Assembly: GCA_963662795.1 (NCBI GenBank)
Contig: OY759746.1
Span: forward strand, 1,632,001-1,696,000
Direction of reading: 5' to 3'
Source: Spirochaetia bacterium
GTDB lineage: Bacteria > Spirochaetota > Spirochaetia > CADAEX01
Length of the DNA stretch: 64,000 bases
Positions 56,293 through 64,000 of this stretch are shown here, piece by piece. Under the pieces are notes generated by a model. The model was not told where the DNA came from. It was given only the letters and a program-made list of their open reading frames with translations, and made no database searches. Made by a program: the position numbers and the translations under genes. The stretch's first letter is position 1. Each line of letters starts with the position of its first letter.

Positions 56293-57468
56293 ATGAGCAT
56301 CAGGTATTTTCTGGTTGTCATTATTATTGTCTCACTTTTGGCCGGAATAATGGTTATAATCGGCAATGTAGACGGCCGTATTGATGAAAAGGAAGACGGA
56401 ATAACTGATATCAGTTCCATGAGCTGGGATGAAATAAAGGCAGAGGCTTTATCGGAAGGTAATGTGATAATTACAACCTGGTGGGCGGAATCATATTTCA
56501 ACCATATTGCCGGGCTGTTTGAAGATAAATACGGCATACATGCAGAGGTTGTAGTTCAGCAGAATGAAACAACACTCCAAAAGATAATTCTTGAGAAAAA
56601 ACTCAAGACAGGGAGTATAGATATATTTATAGCGGGTTTTGCCGGCCATCTGCAGAAGGCTCTTGATGAGAATATTTTTTTACCGGGACTGAAAAAAATT
56701 CCTGACTGGGATAAGCTTCTTTATCCTGACAGAAGCTACCAGAAAAACATGTTTATCGAAGATTTAATGATTCCAATTTACAGAAACCAGGTCGGGTTTT
56801 TATATAACCCCGCTTTTGTGCCTGACCCTCCCCGCAGCTGGGAAGATTTCAACAGATGGATCAATGAAAACCCCAGGAAATTTGTTTTCAGCGCAAAAAA
56901 TGACGGGTCCGGGGAGGCATTCAAGCATTCAGTTGTCTACAGGCTTACCGGCGGGGCAGCACAGTACAGAACAGGCAGCAGGCATCTTGATAATGAAAAA
57001 GTAAAAAACTGGAACATCGCCTGGGACTGGTTTAACAGTAACAGGGCCGTACTGGGATTCAGCTGTTCCAACCATGACTCGCTTAAAAGAATTCATTATA
57101 AAGATGCATGGATAACTCCGGCGTTTGTTGATGATACAATTATTGCGATGAACAATGGACTCCTTGATAACACTCTTAAGATGTATATTCCCGATTTCGG
57201 CCTGTTCAAGGGGGGTGACGGCGCAGGTATTGTTGCAAATGCACCGCACAAGGCAGCAGCTATTCTTTTTCTCTCGTTTTTGGTCGACAGGGATATACAG
57301 CTTTTGATGAAAGAGCTTATAGGATCAGACTGCATCAGGAGTGATATTGAAAAACCTGACAGTCCGTTTCTGACCGGAGCCGAGAGGACTCACGCAATTG
57401 CCCACACTGATCCGGTTTATTACATATACCTTGATTCAGAATTTAAAAAACATGTTCTTAAGGAATAG
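56293..57468 (+). CDS. ABC substrate-binding-protein paralog with N-terminal membrane anchor, copy 2
   Basis: Shares SMSWD.I..EA..EG, TWW, P.YRNQ.G.LYNP, YIP.FGL..GGD and HKAA..LFLSFL with 55063..56217. N-terminus is a long hydrophobic helix. Confidence 0.82.
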   Translation: MSIRYFLVVIIIVSLLAGIMVIIGNVDGRIDEKEDGITDISSMSWDEIKAEALSEGNVIITTWWAESYFNHIAGLFEDKYGIHAEVVVQQNETTLQKIILEKKLKTGSIDIFIAGFAGHLQKALDENIFLPGLKKIPDWDKLLYPDRSYQKNMFIEDLMIPIYRNQVGFLYNPAFVPDPPRSWEDFNRWINENPRKFVFSAKNDGSGEAFKHSVVYRLTGGAAQYRTGSRHLDNEKVKNWNIAWDWFNSNRAVLGFSCSNHDSLKRIHYKDAWITPAFVDDTIIAMNNGLLDNTLKMYIPDFGLFKGGDGAGIVANAPHKAAAILFLSFLVDRDIQLLMKELIGSDCIRSDIEKPDSPFLTGAERTHAIAHTDPVYYIYLDSEFKKHVLKE

Positions 57469-57470
57469 AA

Positions 57471-58739
57471 CTATATCTTTCTGATGTCATTTCTGTAATC
57501 TGACGGCCTCTTCCCTGTAAGTTTCCGGAATATACGGCTGAAGTAGCTTGGATTTTCATATCCGATCTGATAGGAAATTTCATAATTTTTCATGTCGGAA
57601 CCTGCGAGGAGCTCTTTTGCTTTTTCGATTCTGTATTCGGTCAGGAATTCCCAGATGCTTATGCCGGTTTCACTTCTGAACAGATGACAGAAATAATTTT
57701 TGCTTATGCCGGCATAGCTGCATATATCATCAAGATTTATATTTTCGCTGTAATGGCTGCCTATATATTTTTTAGCGCTTCTTATATATCTGGACCTGTC
57801 TCCCCCCGGATTAAAATCTGCCGGCTGGCCGTTCTTTGACCTGAACATTTCCGGTTTTAGAATCAGTGTATTCTCAAACAGGTATTTTTTTGAAATATAT
57901 GAGCACACCTCTTCATAGGCGCTGTGAAGGTTGAAACAGCTGTTGTATAAACTGCTAAGTGCTATAACCACTGAAATATCCTTTTCCTTCTGTACCGCCT
58001 CAAGACAGCCGGCAATAACTTTGTCCCTGGTAAGATTGCTGCATTCAGCAAGCAGCATAATGTACTCATCAGGCGTGTTTTCAAAGAAATAGGTTTTTCC
58101 TTCATAGTAAGTTTTCAGTATCCCGGTTATCTGTGTAATCATATCAACCGGTTTCCTGTTTTCAGTAGATGTAATGTAGTTGTTATAATCAAGTCTTGTT
58201 ATGGAAAGCAGAACCATCTGAAAATTGCCAAGGTCTAAATTTATTTCCAGCATGTTCATTATTTTCCTGTATTCCTCAAAGTCATTCCTTGGATAAAGAA
58301 GATTCCTTAACAGCCTTTCTGCAGCATAATCAAGAGATTTTTGATGGACAAGTTTTCTCGACATATCTGACTGAATTTCTTCAACAGATTCAATTATCAG
58401 CTGCTCAAGTTTATCTTCATCAAGCGGTTTAAGCAGATACCCTCTGACCCCGTAACTTATTGCTTTCTGGGCATATTTAAATTCATTGTACGCGCTTAAA
58501 ATTATTATCTGGATTTCAATTTCATCTTCCCTGATTCTGCTAATCAGTTCGAGGCCGTCCATTTCCGGCATTATGATGTCGGTTATCAAAATATCAGGAC
58601 TATAATCTTTAATAATTGATAAGGCTTCAGCACCGTCAGATGCTTTTCTTATTTCGTTGATTCCCAATGATTTCCAGTCGAGTATATTTTCAAGAAGCCT
58701 GAGCGTAGGCTCTTCGTCATCGCATATCAGCATCTTCAT
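57471..58739 (-). CDS. YesN-type response regulator (REC plus AraC HTH)
   Basis: LICDDE, ITDIIMPEMDG, YLLKP, C-terminal IGYENPSYFSRIFRKLTGKRPSDYR. Confidence 0.93.
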   Translation of the reverse strand: MKMLICDDEEPTLRLLENILDWKSLGINEIRKASDGAEALSIIKDYSPDILITDIIMPEMDGLELISRIREDEIEIQIIILSAYNEFKYAQKAISYGVRGYLLKPLDEDKLEQLIIESVEEIQSDMSRKLVHQKSLDYAAERLLRNLLYPRNDFEEYRKIMNMLEINLDLGNFQMVLLSITRLDYNNYITSTENRKPVDMITQITGILKTYYEGKTYFFENTPDEYIMLLAECSNLTRDKVIAGCLEAVQKEKDISVVIALSSLYNSCFNLHSAYEEVCSYISKKYLFENTLILKPEMFRSKNGQPADFNPGGDRSRYIRSAKKYIGSHYSENINLDDICSYAGISKNYFCHLFRSETGISIWEFLTEYRIEKAKELLAGSDMKNYEISYQIGYENPSYFSRIFRKLTGKRPSDYRNDIRKI

Positions 58740-60529
58740 ATTATCTCCTCCTCATTTTTTATGTCCGGCAGGAGGAGTTCAATCCTGAATCCCTTACCTT
58801 CTTCTGAAAACACGCTTGCTCCGAATGGCGAACCGAATTTGAGAACAATTCTGTTGTGAACATTTTTAAGTCCTATGTTTTCCCCTTTATCTTCCATTGA
58901 CTGATCTTTCATATAGTTCCTTATATACCTTAGTCTTTCTTCCGACACACCGCTGCCGTTATCATCAATAGAAATATTTAGTTTGTTGTCAGAGCCTGAT
59001 ATCCTGATACTTATATCAATGGCTTTTACCTTTAATTTGTTATGATTGATGGAATTTTCAACTATAGGCTGGAGTATGAGTTTTATGGTTTTCCTGTTTA
59101 AAAGTTCATCCGGACATTCGATGGAACAGCTGATAAGAGAGGGAAATCTTTTGGACTGGATATCGAGATAATTACCGAGATGATTTAATTCATCTTTCAG
59201 GTTAACAAGCTCTTCCTGATGATAGATACCGTATCTGAGCATGTTCCCGAGACTTGTTATGATATGTCCTGTTTCCTTGTTCCCTTCGCTTACAGCAGAG
59301 GATTTAAGCAGCTGTAAAGTGTTGAAGAGGAAATGAGGATTTATCTGAGCCTGCAGTGCTTTTATCTGTGCTTCCTTGTTCTGCAGCTGGAAAGAATATA
59401 TTTTCCTGTTGAGGGTAACGAGGTTCGTAACGAGGCTGTTGATCTTTGAGCTTAAAAGCCCTGTTTCTGTAGTTTCATTTTCATTGACGGTAATATCAAA
59501 ATTACCCTTTTCGATTTTTTCCATTACTCCGATAATATTTTCTATCGGTTTGGTAATCAGTCTGTTCATAAAGCTGTATGATACGTAAAGCATGAAAGCC
59601 AGAAACGCGACAATCACGGCAAATATATATTTAAGAGGAGTTATGTGGGAGACAAGTTCATCCCTTGGAATTACTGCAATTATTGACCACCCTGAAATAC
59701 GTGAGATGGTATGTACAACTGCCATTTCCCTTCCTCCAATAATTGTGAAAAAAGGATTATGTGTTTTTGTGATTTTTTCTTTAAGACTTTCTACTTCCCG
59801 GATATAAGAAGGAGTGTAATTGTTTCTGAATATTGATCTGCCGGTTCCGTCAAGCAGTATTATCTGTCCGTTTTTTTCAAGTGTAATATTCCTGAGTGCG
59901 TCAAACAGTTCATAGATATTCAGGTTGCATATAATTGACTCTCCATAAACCCAGTCCATGTTGAGAAAATTAAATACCGGTATGACCGCTGACACTGTTT
60001 CGTTGGAGCCGCCATAGTTCTCATAATAATAATTCTGATGGTGCATCCCGGTGAAGATAATTGATTTTTCATCTGCAGGCCTGGGATACCAGGGCTGTTC
60101 GAAAAAATTAAAGGAAGGAACGACCCCTTTACCTGAAGCCGCTATTGAGTGTCCTGATTTGTCTATTAAAATTATATCCCTGATCTTACTGTTGAATTTA
60201 ACAAGGTCCTGCAGATAATACTCTACCTTCCAGAGATTTTCCGCCGCAAGAGTGCTTTGCGTTCCGAGTATGTCGAGATGTGACAGTATTATCTGATTAG
60301 TCGCGGCTGAAGAACATATCATATTAATCTGCCACAGGTATGAATCAATATTCCGGCCTGTCTCAATAACAAGTTTGTTGGTGTAGGAGAAAATGTTGTT
60401 CATGAAAATGTTTGAAAATACTTTATAGCCGCCAAGGCCGAAAATTGAGAAGAAAAGAAATATGTAAAAAAAGTAGAAAAGGATAATTTTACCCTTGATC
60501 GACCTGTAGTGGTGCAGGATGCGGAACAT
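58736..60529 (-). CDS. YesM-type sensor histidine kinase (Cache, HAMP, His_kinase)
   Basis: Two TM helices around an extracytoplasmic domain. LQAQINPHFLFNTL, LQPIVENSI.H, DDNGSG, IGLKNV. Confidence 0.93.
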   Translation of the reverse strand: MFRILHHYRSIKGKIILFYFFYIFLFFSIFGLGGYKVFSNIFMNNIFSYTNKLVIETGRNIDSYLWQINMICSSAATNQIILSHLDILGTQSTLAAENLWKVEYYLQDLVKFNSKIRDIILIDKSGHSIAASGKGVVPSFNFFEQPWYPRPADEKSIIFTGMHHQNYYYENYGGSNETVSAVIPVFNFLNMDWVYGESIICNLNIYELFDALRNITLEKNGQIILLDGTGRSIFRNNYTPSYIREVESLKEKITKTHNPFFTIIGGREMAVVHTISRISGWSIIAVIPRDELVSHITPLKYIFAVIVAFLAFMLYVSYSFMNRLITKPIENIIGVMEKIEKGNFDITVNENETTETGLLSSKINSLVTNLVTLNRKIYSFQLQNKEAQIKALQAQINPHFLFNTLQLLKSSAVSEGNKETGHIITSLGNMLRYGIYHQEELVNLKDELNHLGNYLDIQSKRFPSLISCSIECPDELLNRKTIKLILQPIVENSINHNKLKVKAIDISIRISGSDNKLNISIDDNGSGVSEERLRYIRNYMKDQSMEDKGENIGLKNVHNRIVLKFGSPFGASVFSEEGKGFRIELLLPDIKNEEEII

Positions 60530-60658
60530 GATGATATAGTAGCATTAAAAGTTTTGAAAATAAATTATTGAAATAATATATTCGCAGAAAAAGATAATAT
60601 CTTTCCTTCTTCGAAAGTACTTAAAGGGAATATAAATAATATTCAGGACGGTGATCAT

Positions 60659-61540
60659 ATGAGCGGTAAATACAGTGTTAATACGGATATTGAAAATGAT
60701 AAGGGATATCCGTTCGGGGTATTCAGGCAGATAGCAGAAGCGGGGTTCACTCATATACACTGGGGGCATCAGTGGAACACCGATTTTATTTATACCTCAC
60801 CTGAAATCGATGAAATAAAAAAACATTTGAATATTTTCGGACTATCCCTTAGCGATACACATGCCAGCAGCGGTGTAGAGAAATGCTGGTATTCACCTGT
60901 CGAGCATGAAAGACTTGCAGGAGTTGAGCTCGTAAAAAACAGAATATTCCTGACCGCTGTTCTCGGCGGTGATGCGGTTGTCCTTCATCCGTTTGTACTG
61001 TACAACAGGGAGCTTTTGCCGGGGTTCAGGGAACAGGGGTTGAAAAGCCTTGGAGAAATTGAAAGTTTTGCTAGAAGCTGCGGTGTAAGGATTGCTCTTG
61101 AGAACCTCTTCCAGGCCGATGCTTCCGGTATAAAGGACTGCGAACTTGAAAATATTGATACACTTGAGTATTTTTTTGCCCGCTTTTCTTCTGATTATCT
61201 CGGTTTTTGCTGGGATATAGGACACAGTATTCTTCTTGGTGAAAAATCATTCATGAGATGCGAAAAACTTGCAAAAGAGAGACTTGCAGTAATGCATTTA
61301 AATGACAACAGGGGGGATTTTGATCAGCATTCAGCCCCTTTTACCTGGTGCGGACGATGGGCCTGGATAGCTGAGGTAATTGCCTCTTCTCCCTATCCGC
61401 CGGATAAACCTGTTTTAATTGAGGTTGATGTGAATAAAAATCCGGATTATTCACTTGTTGAATTTCTTGAAGTGAATTTCTCTGCCGGGGAAAAATTCAG
61501 TCGGCTTGTCGAAAGCTGCAGGATAAAAAATCAGGACTAA
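60659..61540 (+). CDS. Sugar-phosphate isomerase/epimerase (xylose-isomerase-like TIM barrel)
   Basis: DTH, VVLHP, IALEN, WDIGH, MHLNDNRGDFDQH, LIE. Confidence 0.8.
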   Translation: MSGKYSVNTDIENDKGYPFGVFRQIAEAGFTHIHWGHQWNTDFIYTSPEIDEIKKHLNIFGLSLSDTHASSGVEKCWYSPVEHERLAGVELVKNRIFLTAVLGGDAVVLHPFVLYNRELLPGFREQGLKSLGEIESFARSCGVRIALENLFQADASGIKDCELENIDTLEYFFARFSSDYLGFCWDIGHSILLGEKSFMRCEKLAKERLAVMHLNDNRGDFDQHSAPFTWCGRWAWIAEVIASSPYPPDKPVLIEVDVNKNPDYSLVEFLEVNFSAGEKFSRLVESCRIKNQD

Positions 61541-62964
61541 GCTTTATCCTGTTCCGAGCCTTTTTTCCCTGCAATTCTTCCAATAACAATGCATTCAGTT
61601 ATTGCACAGCTGCCGAGGCGTGAAGCACCGTGTACTCCTCCTGTGACTTCACCTGCCGCATAAAGCCCTTCAACGGGCCTGCCGTCAAGATCAAGCACCT
61701 GTGCGTTTTTGTTTATCAAAAGGCCCCCCATCGTAAAGTGCACCTTGGGCCAGAGCCTGATGCCGTATAAGGGGGGAGTTTTAATTTCTGATGCGGTTTC
61801 AATAATCGGTTTTCTAAAGTCAGCATCGATTTTTTCCAAAACAAATGAATTGAAGCGGTCAATTGTATTTTCAAGGGATAAAAGATTGATTCCGTAATTC
61901 GCAGCAAGTCCCGCAGGTGATGCAAACTGCTTTACAATTCCTTTTTTAAGGCATTTATCAATATTCCATCCGGAGTTCTTAACTGCTGTTGAGTCGGCGA
62001 TACCTATGCACGGGTGCCCTGCCGCAAGTATCGCATCCGAAAGTGTTTTCCTGTCTGCAAGTTCATTGGCAAATCTTTTTCCGGTATCGGGGTCTATTAC
62101 TATTCCTCTCTGAAAGACTATGTACTCTGAAAAGGATGGGCCGTCTCCGTATCCTTTTTCATCGGGAGATGCCCATGGCCCGAGCTGGATATGCGAAAGA
62201 TGGACGGGGCATGAGCCGATCTGCAGGGCTGCCTTAAGGCTTTCTGATGTTGCCGAAGGCTGGTTTGTTGTATCTATTTTTTCTGTCAGCCTCGGGTCCT
62301 GGGAAGATCTGAAATCAATATCACTTCCGAATCCTCCTGCTGCGAGAATAACGGCCTTGTCTGCCATGATATGCTTTACACTTCCTGTATCCCCTTTTTT
62401 ATAATTATAGTTTTCAGTAACTTTTACCCCGGTTACTTTTCCGCCGGTATCCCTGATGAAACCGGTGAAGTGTGTGTGAAACATAATTTTAATATTCTTT
62501 TCTTTTATCTTCTGCATCAGTTTTTTTACAATTACGGCGCCTGAAATTCCTTCAGGGGTGAAGCATCTCGGGACAGAGTGTCCGCCGAATATCTCGATCT
62601 TTTCGAGGAATGGAACGCCGATATAATCACGCAGCCATTCATAGGCTTCTTTTGAATTACCAGTTACAGTTTTTACAAGTTCAGGATGATTGATTTCAAG
62701 CCCTGCTTTCATCATGTCTTTGTAAAAGAGTCCTGGTGAATCAGTTATATCTGCTTTCTTCTGCTCTTCGGTGCCGGCAGCTGCAATACCGCCGTCGCTG
62801 ATCAGGGAGTTGCCGCCGGGGGCATGCATTTTTTCTATGATTACAACAGATGAGCCGGCATTATGTGCTTCTATGGCGGCGCTTAAGCCTGCAAATCCGC
62901 TTCCTATTACTACTACATCAGCCCTGACTGCAGAAACTGTTCCACCTGAAATCTGATTAGTCAA
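61537..62964 (-). CDS. Flavocytochrome-c-family FAD reductase (fumarate-reductase-flavoprotein-like, no heme domain)
   Basis: VVIGSGFAG, GGNSLISDGG, GGHSVPR, RFANEL.DR, KVHFTMGG, GEVTGGVHGASRLG. Probable TTG start at 62964 after AGGAG (ORF track starts at 63006). Confidence 0.85.
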   Translation of the reverse strand: MTNQISGGTVSAVRADVVVIGSGFAGLSAAIEAHNAGSSVVIIEKMHAPGGNSLISDGGIAAAGTEEQKKADITDSPGLFYKDMMKAGLEINHPELVKTVTGNSKEAYEWLRDYIGVPFLEKIEIFGGHSVPRCFTPEGISGAVIVKKLMQKIKEKNIKIMFHTHFTGFIRDTGGKVTGVKVTENYNYKKGDTGSVKHIMADKAVILAAGGFGSDIDFRSSQDPRLTEKIDTTNQPSATSESLKAALQIGSCPVHLSHIQLGPWASPDEKGYGDGPSFSEYIVFQRGIVIDPDTGKRFANELADRKTLSDAILAAGHPCIGIADSTAVKNSGWNIDKCLKKGIVKQFASPAGLAANYGINLLSLENTIDRFNSFVLEKIDADFRKPIIETASEIKTPPLYGIRLWPKVHFTMGGLLINKNAQVLDLDGRPVEGLYAAGEVTGGVHGASRLGSCAITECIVIGRIAGKKGSEQDKA

Positions 62965-63099
62965 AATAATGCGCTTCTCCTTTTGTCCTGATATGCAAAT
63001 CAGCATAAATAAATATTTATTAACCGCTTTAATTATAGTACTATTTATTTTTTAGATGTACCCTTAATCAAGTTGAGCCTTAAAAAAAGGATGGAGAAA

Positions 63100-64000
63100 A
63101 TGGAAAAAAGGATTATAGATTTCAGAAGCGACACTGTAACTAAGCCTGATGCAGGTATGAGGAAGGCGATGTACGAAGCTGAGGTCGGGGATGATGTGCT
63201 GGGCGACGATCCCACTGTCAAAAAACTTGAGGGGCGGATATGCTCCATGCTCGGCACGGAAAGCGCGCTGTTTGTCTCAAGCGGGACGCAGTCTAATCTC
63301 CTTTCCATAATGAGCCACTGCGGGAGAGGCGATGAATACATTTCCGGACAGAGCGCCCACTGTTATAACCACGAGGGGGGAGGGGCCGCCGTCCTTGGAA
63401 GCATTCAGCCGCAGCCGATAGAGTTTAAAAGCGACGGAACGCTTGATCTTGATGAAGTTGCCGCAAAGATAAAGCCTGATGATTTTCATTTTGCCAGGAC
63501 AAGACTTATGTGTCTTGAGAATACGCAGGACGGAAAAGCACTCCCTTTTGATTATATGAAAGAAGCCTCCCGCTTCAGCCGGGAGAGAGGGCTTTCCATC
63601 CATCTTGACGGTGCAAGGCTTTTTAACGCCGCAGTCTCTGCCTGCAAACCTGCATCAGAGATTGCAGCTCTTTTTGACACTGTTTCCGTATGTCTTTCCA
63701 AAGGGCTTGGCGCCCCTATCGGCTCACTTATGTGCGGGAAAAAGGAAAATGTGGAGACTGCCAGGCGGTGGAGGAAGGTCCTCGGCGGCGGGATGAGGCA
63801 GGCCGGTATTATTGCTGCGGCAGGGCTTTACGCGCTTGAGAATAATATTGAAAGGCTTGAAGAGGACCATCGGAATTTACAGCTTTTAAGGGAAAAATTT
63901 GAAGGGATTAAAGAGTTTGAAATTATTTCTGCAGCGACAAATATGCTTTTTGTAAAACTTCTTAAGGGAGACCCGGCATCTCTTGCCGGCGCCCTCAGGA
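63100..64000 (+). CDS. ltaE: Low-specificity L-threonine aldolase, runs off the window end (absent from the ORF track)
   Basis: Hand translation: MEKRIIDFRSDTVTKP...AEVGDDVLGDDPTV...SGTQSN...HEGGG...CLENT...HLDGARLFNA...CLSKGLGAPIGS...RK.LGGGMRQAG. Confidence 0.92.
   Translation, partial: MEKRIIDFRSDTVTKPDAGMRKAMYEAEVGDDVLGDDPTVKKLEGRICSMLGTESALFVSSGTQSNLLSIMSHCGRGDEYISGQSAHCYNHEGGGAAVLGSIQPQPIEFKSDGTLDLDEVAAKIKPDDFHFARTRLMCLENTQDGKALPFDYMKEASRFSRERGLSIHLDGARLFNAAVSACKPASEIAALFDTVSVCLSKGLGAPIGSLMCGKKENVETARRWRKVLGGGMRQAGIIAAAGLYALENNIERLEEDHRNLQLLREKFEGIKEFEIISAATNMLFVKLLKGDPASLAGALR

Noticed and set aside
63045-63796. Short ORFs listed in the track at the window end
   Set aside because: They are alternate frames of ltaE (63100 to the end), which the track missed because it has no stop codon in the window.
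1-64000. rRNA, tRNA, CRISPR array, transposase/integrase, phage or defence genes, selenocysteine recoding
   Set aside because: None seen. Nearly all sequence is accounted for by apparently full-length metabolic, transport and regulatory CDSs.

Overview
64 kb of bacterial DNA, most likely from a free-living spirochaete (Spirochaetia). This is inferred from the 'FAGG-x-x-E' N-termini of several solute-binding proteins and the gene repertoire. The window is almost entirely uptake and catabolism. (1) 1-28 kb: a compositionally mosaic catabolic island with two Liv-type ABC transporters, two different split transketolases, a CoA-acylating aldehyde dehydrogenase of the SauS/SqwD type, a duplicated GlpA-like flavoprotein module, three Zn-dehydrogenases, an orphan UPF0261/Tm-1-like protein, a DHDPS-family aldolase, a creatininase-family hydrolase, an SDR, and AraC and GntR regulators. 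(2) 30-35 kb: a canonical livKHMGF operon. (3) 35-46 kb: an inositol/phosphodiester locus with iolG, ROK and LacI regulators, an ABC transporter, HD and GDPD hydrolases and a kinase carrying the PPi-dependent ribokinase signature. (4) 46-50 kb: an ECF sigma factor whose zinc anti-sigma is fused to an extracytoplasmic CBM48 domain, followed by three exported unknowns including a probable outer-membrane beta-barrel. (5) 50-61.5 kb: a PhnP-like hydrolase, an ABC transporter with two binding proteins and a YesMN-type two-component system. (6) A flavocytochrome-c-type flavoprotein and a window-truncated ltaE. I saw no rRNA, tRNA, CRISPR array, transposase or phage gene. All calls are from motif recognition by eye; no searches were run.
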